Source: Podarcis pityusensis
Lineage: Eukaryota
Reading direction: 5' to 3' (one strand)
Assembly (NCBI GenBank): GCA_964106645.2
Contig: OZ067048.1
DNA length: 64,000 nt
The first letter of the stretch is position 1. The number at the start of each line of letters is the position of its first letter. This document shows, one piece after another, positions 51,701 through 64,000 of this stretch. The notes beneath the pieces are model-generated. The model saw only the letters and a program-made list of their open reading frames with translations. It did not search any database and was not told where the DNA came from. Both the position numbers and the translations under genes were made by a program.

Positions 51701-53852
51701 TTCTGTGTTGTAGCTATGACGATCAGTTCTCAGGCCAGTTGATATGGAAGTGGATGAAACACTGTGGAAGCCTGCTCTTAGACAGCCTGGCTTTAAATGT
51801 TAAAAACAGCAGTTTGCATTGTTCCCAGGAACAACCGGAAAGCCACTGTTGACCTTTAGAGCAGGTATATGCCTGCATAACAAGCCATGATCTGCAACCT
51901 AGCTGCTGCATTCTGAACCAGTTTAAATTTTTAGAGGCAGCTCCATATATAATGTGTTATGGTAATCAGCCCTTTGTGTTACTAAAGCATGGACAACTTG
52001 TGTAGGAGAGTGAGTAGCTGGCATAAAGGTACTTAGCGCTATGAAAACAATCTCAATATGCAGTATCCCTAGCTTCTACATCTAATATCCCTGTAGGAGT
52101 GCAACCCCATACAGTACAAGATAGCATCTTCAGCGTCAGATAACATACCACTAGATATCTTTTCTTTATTCAGCTCCAGTTTATTAATGCCCACCCATCA
52201 CATTACTGCAGGTGTGGAGAACCTTTTTATTATTATTTATAATTTTTATTAAATTTCTAAATTGTGCATCTCAAAATAAACATTTAATATAATACCATAT
52301 ATCAGTTGGCATACCTTCTTCTCATTCCATGGTTCATTTTACTTATCTCTCATTTCTGCGTATTTTACTATAACCATTTTAGTCAATTCTCCAATTTACA
52401 TCATTCAATTATTAAGCACACTGTTGAGTTTATCTTTTCAGTTGTACACAGTTCTTTTCTAAAGAATCAGCAAAAAAATTCCACTCCTCTCTAAATAAAA
52501 ATTCTTCTTGCTCTTGTAATCTATAAGTTAAACCTGAAAATTCTATCATCTTAAGCTGCCAATCTTCCTTACTAGGGACCTGTCTCACTTTCCATCTTTG
52601 GGCTAACTAAACTCAAGCCGCCATTGTTGCATACATTAATAGATTTCTCTGATATCTGGGAACGTCAATTCGAACTATTCCTAACAAAAATGCTTCAGGT
52701 CTTTTGGGGAAACTTGTTTTAAACATTCTTTTCAACTTATTGAAAATCATTTCCTAATATTCCTTAACCTTGTTACACATCCACTACATATGAAAAAAGG
52801 TTCCTTCAATTTATTTACATTTCCAGCACATATCTGATTCTGCTTTATACATCTTAGCCAACCTACTCAGAGTTAAATACCATCTATGAATCATTTTCAT
52901 ATAATTCTCTTTCAATGTATAATATGCAGAGAATTGGAAATCATTCTTCCAGAGTTTCTCCCAGAGGTTTAAATCTATGTTATGCCCTATATCCATTGCC
53001 CAGTGTGTCATAGAAACTTTAACTAGCTCATGGTTTGTTTCCCATTCTAGCAATGTTATACATTTTAGACAATAATTTATCCTAATTCCATAGTAACTCT
53101 CTTTCAAACTGTGAGCTTTGGTCCAAAATCCATTTTTTAGTCTGTTTTATACAAATCATATAATTGATGGTACTGTAACCAATCCATAACTTGGCTCCTT
53201 ACTTCTTCCATTGGTTTCAACCCGGGTTCACTACCTGTGCAGGTGTAGAGAACCTTTATCCTTCCAGATGTCACTGAACTACAACTATCATGAATCCCAG
53301 CAAGAATATCACATCACCCAGAATGATGAAGTTGTAATTCAGCAATGTCTGGAAAGCCAAGTGTTCCCACCACCTATCTTAAAATGACTGTTCGGAACAT
53401 CAGCTGCTTTGCTTGGACTAAAAGGAGAAATAGCAATGGGTGTCATCCACATTTTGATAACACTTTACTCCAAATCCCACATGACCTTCCTGGATTACAT
53501 GAAATAGTTTCATGTTCAAGATTGCAGTGTTTGGGGGAGGACACTTAGTGCACAACTGTGGGTTGGGCCCAAGGGACTCAAATTTATAATGTTTTGAGAA
53601 ATACAGAAATACAGGCAGGCAGTTAATTTACTGGACCCGTATATAGTAAGTGGGATATAGCACACTACAAAAAAGCCCAAATGGCAACAGAAAAATTATG
53701 TGTGGCTTGCTGTTATTCTGTATATCCCTATAAAGTTAGACATCAGTCACTTTATCCAAATGCAAACGGATATCAGTGCAAGAACTGATTTTTCTTTCTG
53801 TTGAAACATAAATAACCAATATTTTTTCTTACAGCGTGGAGGTCCAGAATAA
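48283..53852 (+). CDS. MRPS36: MRPS36 / KGD4 (alpha-ketoglutarate dehydrogenase component 4), 4 exons, 107 aa
   Basis: Exons 48283-48321, 50332-50395, 50804-51006, 53835-53852 (324 nt). MGSKMAAASRVVQVVKPHTPLIKFPDRR...LPQKYRRKPMSVEEMEYIQRGGPE*. Confidence 0.95.
52227..53237 (-). mobile_element. 5'-truncated L1-type LINE
   Basis: ORF 52811..53107 is a zf-RVT-like ORF2 segment (KMIHRWYLT...CWKC). Tail at the left end. A 20-bp TSD TGCAGGTGT(G/A)GAGAACCTTT lies at 52207-52226 and 53238-53257. Confidence 0.85.
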
Positions 53853-56800
53853 CGCACAAGACTCCGGTTAGCTACTGGTGTACAACAAACTCTTATATTC
53901 ACAACAAAGGCCTTCCTCACTCTCTGAATGTTATAAAAGTCTAAAAGCAAATAGCTTTGTTAAAGGTATTTCACGAGGGATGAGAAGGTAAATACTTCTT
54001 CAGAAAGTGGCGGTGTCCTAGAACAGAAGACCATTCTGTTTTGAGTAATTGTGACTCCACTTTATACAACTCTACAATTAAAATTTTATTTTATTTGTTC
54101 TACTTAGCAATAATGGTTTTGTTATCTCCTTTGTAGCTGTTGTTGATACACTAAGGAAGAACAGCAAAATTTCGTGATGTTTTCACTGTTCATGTAATGC
54201 CTGTCTGGCATGAAGGAAAGCAATATTTGTTTCTTCTCTCCAGCAGCATCAATTATGTCCTTTGGGAGAGTTTTTTTTAAGGGTGGGGGATGTAAGAGAC
54301 AGTATCAAGACAGAACTTGCAGGTGTTAGTGGATGAATTGTATTTATTAAACATCAGTTACGTATTATTGCAAACTTATCTGCCTGCTCTTTTGGAAAGA
54401 AATACAGACCTCCATTCTTGACAATTCCACTTGTAGGTACTACTCTCACTCAGCCTGCTTGTCAGATGAAACGTAGTCCAAATATACAGGAACTCGTTTT
54501 AAAATGTATCTCTAAGTTATGCTAATGACTAGAGGTTTTTCTTTTGAAATCTCAAAAGAGTAAGAAATTAAAATGTTTGCACCATCTACTCATCAAACAA
54601 GTTTTGTATTGATACTATCTTTTGGCCTCAAAATGGACTTTGTTCCTGTGATCCTCATCAGTTGTGGTGTGCAATGAGGATCTTCTGAAGGCTCAGGTGC
54701 CCATTTATTTTAATGAAATGAGGCATCTATCAGTACACATAGTAGTAGCCAGAGATACCCTCCCAACACCAGTGTCATTGTTGCTTATCTATAGTAAGGT
54801 CAGGCCTACCCAGTTATATGGCTGGGAGCACTACAATCAATCTGACACTCCTGCTGCACTCATGTCGTCCTGACCTTGCTCCTGCTCATCTTTGTGCTTT
54901 AGAAACATATTATAAGTTCAAGCTACTAACATCAGTTAGAGTTGAGGCCTGGAACTTTTTCCCCCTATCTTCCAACCACTCCCAAGTTTGCAAGGATCAC
55001 TGGAAATGGTTTCTGAGTGGGGGGGGAGAGGGGCAGGGATTGATAAAGCTGTGTTCTTAAGTGAGAATTCTATAAGTGGAAAGTGTTGGAAGTATAGGGA
55101 GATCCAGTTATGTATAAATTTCATTGTAAAGAGGTTTCCCATCTATTGCATACAGCTTCCAGAGACTGAACCTGGAACTTTTTAAAAATGCAAAGCATAC
55201 GTGCTACCACTGAACTATAGCACTTCTTAAAAATAAATGCATGAATGAAATCTGCCAAGGAAGGCAACAGACACGTCTTGCAAATAAAATGCTGGTCGCA
55301 TCCACATTGTAGCAGGATATCTACTTCCCTTTTGATTCCCTGGTCATGAAATGACATTTCCGTTTGAACAAAATGGGTTCTGCTCCAACCTACATCAAAT
55401 TGTGGAATCTTCTAAATGTGATGGGTTGATTACAAATAAAGCTGCAACTGTTAATTTTGAAGTGCTTTTTTTGCTCTTTAGTTTATCTACAAAGTGGCCT
55501 TAAATAAAAAGCTGCAGGGTATAAATCCTGAAAATAAATAGAGTAATAAATGCATCTTTTGTTTGGAAAGTCCAACAACAACAAAACAATCAGGATGTGC
55601 ATGCCTACTTATTTTTTGGAATTTGCTTCTGAGTAAATAAACTGGTATCACATTGTGCTGCATTTATATTTTCTCAGACTCATTTGTGTGCAACCAAACA
55701 TGCATTTATTATGTTACCTTTACTGCTGTAGTCAGGTGTAGTGGCTGCCTTGGCACTTGGGAACTTGAAAAGAGGGAGCTGCTTGAGCAAAGTGGTTGAG
55801 GTTCACTGGAGTTTGCTCACTCCCCTATAGTTTTCACTAAACTTGCCAACTTATGATTGCAATTTATATATGATCCAATGCAGTGGATTGTGGTCCATGA
55901 AAGCTGACGCCATATTAAATACTCCTTTTCAAGCAGGGATGAGAACTTGTGCCTCTCCAGGTGTTGAGTTCGACTTCAGTTCCCACCAGCCTTGGTCAGC
56001 ATGACCAGTGAGAGTAACAATATCTTGTGGGCCACAGGTTCTCCACCTCTGCTTAAAGTGCCACAACACTTGTTTTTGTTGCAAGACTAACACTGCTTAA
56101 CAACAAGCTTCCCCACCCCTCTCTTTTGGGATGGCAGTGACAGCTGGGAAACAGGAATTTAGACTTTAGCAAGATGTGTAAGGGCAGCAGAGGGCTCTCA
56201 CAGAAGCAATGAGATGAGTTAACCGGGTCCCCCCCCCAACTTTTCACATTATTTGTTACGATAAAACAGCACACACCTACCACTTCTGAGGGCATCAGGC
56301 TAGCTCACCAAGTCAAAGGGCTGGCAATATGATATGCACAGTTGTACATCCAACTGATAAGGTCTGACTGCTGGTGCAACTGCTTCTTCTCTCTGCCCAA
56401 TGGTAGCGCTGGCCCTGCTGCAATCTGAAGGGTGCTTTTGACTAGCAAACCCCCCACCTCCCAGCAATATTAACAATGGTATACATTTCTGGCCTGTCAC
56501 CAGCTGGTCATCCCCAGTGCCCCTCCCCACCCCAGGGGCACACTTACAATATGGGGATACTGGAGTTCACCGGCAAGGTGCTTTTAAACGTGTACAAAAC
56601 AGTCACTAGAAATCAAAGCAGGGGGTTCCTCTGCCGCTACCTTTCTTTAGGCAGACGAGCGACGTACAAAGCTGCAGCTTCCCAATGATCGAAACCCCGA
56701 ATTTCTCCTCTCTTTTTTTTAAATGGACAGCCCTCACTAGCACTCCTGGGTGGGCGGAGAAGTTGCGACCCGAGAAGAACACCACGGATTTTTCTATCCC

Positions 56801-56859
56801 CGAAACAGCTCTATGAGGATTTTGCCTGCTCGTCTATCCTTTCTTATCTCTATGTTGAG

Positions 56860-57048
56860 AGGCTGTTGTCACGACCGGCGGAAACCTAGGGGGGGGAGGG
56901 GGAAGCGCCATTTGCCAGCGTGCGTGGCGCATGCGTAGAACGCGGTGGGAAGGCCGGTGGTATACGGGAGAGGGGGGAGGAGCCGGAGTCGCGCTGGTTT
57001 CCTGGAGGCGTCGTAAACTTGACGGTTTTTAAATCGCGCTTGGTCGGG
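56860..57048 (+). promoter_or_regulatory. CDK7 CpG-island promoter
   Basis: NRF1-like GCGCATGCG (56927-56935), YY1-like CGCCATTT (56906-56913) and TTTAAA (57028-57033). Confidence 0.65.
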
Positions 57049-63607
<6,559 letters not shown>

Positions 63608-64000
63608 TGACTTAATTTTGTGGCCGATGAATAAGCTTTTGCTTTGTTTATATATTGAAACCAAAAGTCCTGGGGGAAAGTTATAAGAGTTGGAGAAGAG
63701 ACATGGAGGAAGGGGGTGGTAGAGGAGAACAACAGAGAAAGCAGAACAGTATGCCTCTTCTTTGCATCTGTTTTTAGACTGTAAGCCCCTTGGGGTTGGG
63801 ATCATCTTTCATTCTTTCCAAAGAGTTGTGCAGATAGGTGGCGCTGTATCAATACTTTTTAACATAAGCAGAATAACAGGTTTTATGCATAAATAACTCA
63901 TGGTAGGTTTTGTGTATCTGCTAGAGAAAGCAGGCATACACACATTTTCAGCAGCTAAAGAGTAATACAGACTTCATTTGAAGGGAAATAATTGTAATTG

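Overview
Vertebrate genomic DNA, very probably from a squamate lizard (inferred from Sauria/Squam-type SINEs, BovB LINEs and a Neptune-type Penelope element). The window holds five spliced genes, all on the + strand, in the order known from human 5q13: SLC30A5 (ZnT5, 16 coding exons, 771 aa), CCNB1 (9 exons, 407 aa), CENPH (9 exons, 248 aa), MRPS36/KGD4 (4 exons, 107 aa) and the first 5 exons of CDK7. I rebuilt the exon structures by hand and all stay in frame. Introns and intergenic DNA are rich in transposons, many with readable target-site duplications (TSDs). The most notable points are: (1) a young Penelope-like retroelement with an uninterrupted RT/GIY-YIG ORF, a 15-bp TSD and an intact minimal hammerhead ribozyme in its 3' region, plus three decayed hammerhead relics elsewhere; (2) a U12-type intron in SLC30A5; (3) a GC donor in CENPH that overlaps an out-of-frame U12-consensus donor; (4) a MITE that carries 128 bp of flank shared with a copy 21 kb away; (5) two bipartite RTE/BovB derivatives; (6) a MITE family with variable hairpin or tandem-repeat cargo. 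Most ORFs in the supplied track are spurious or partial exons.
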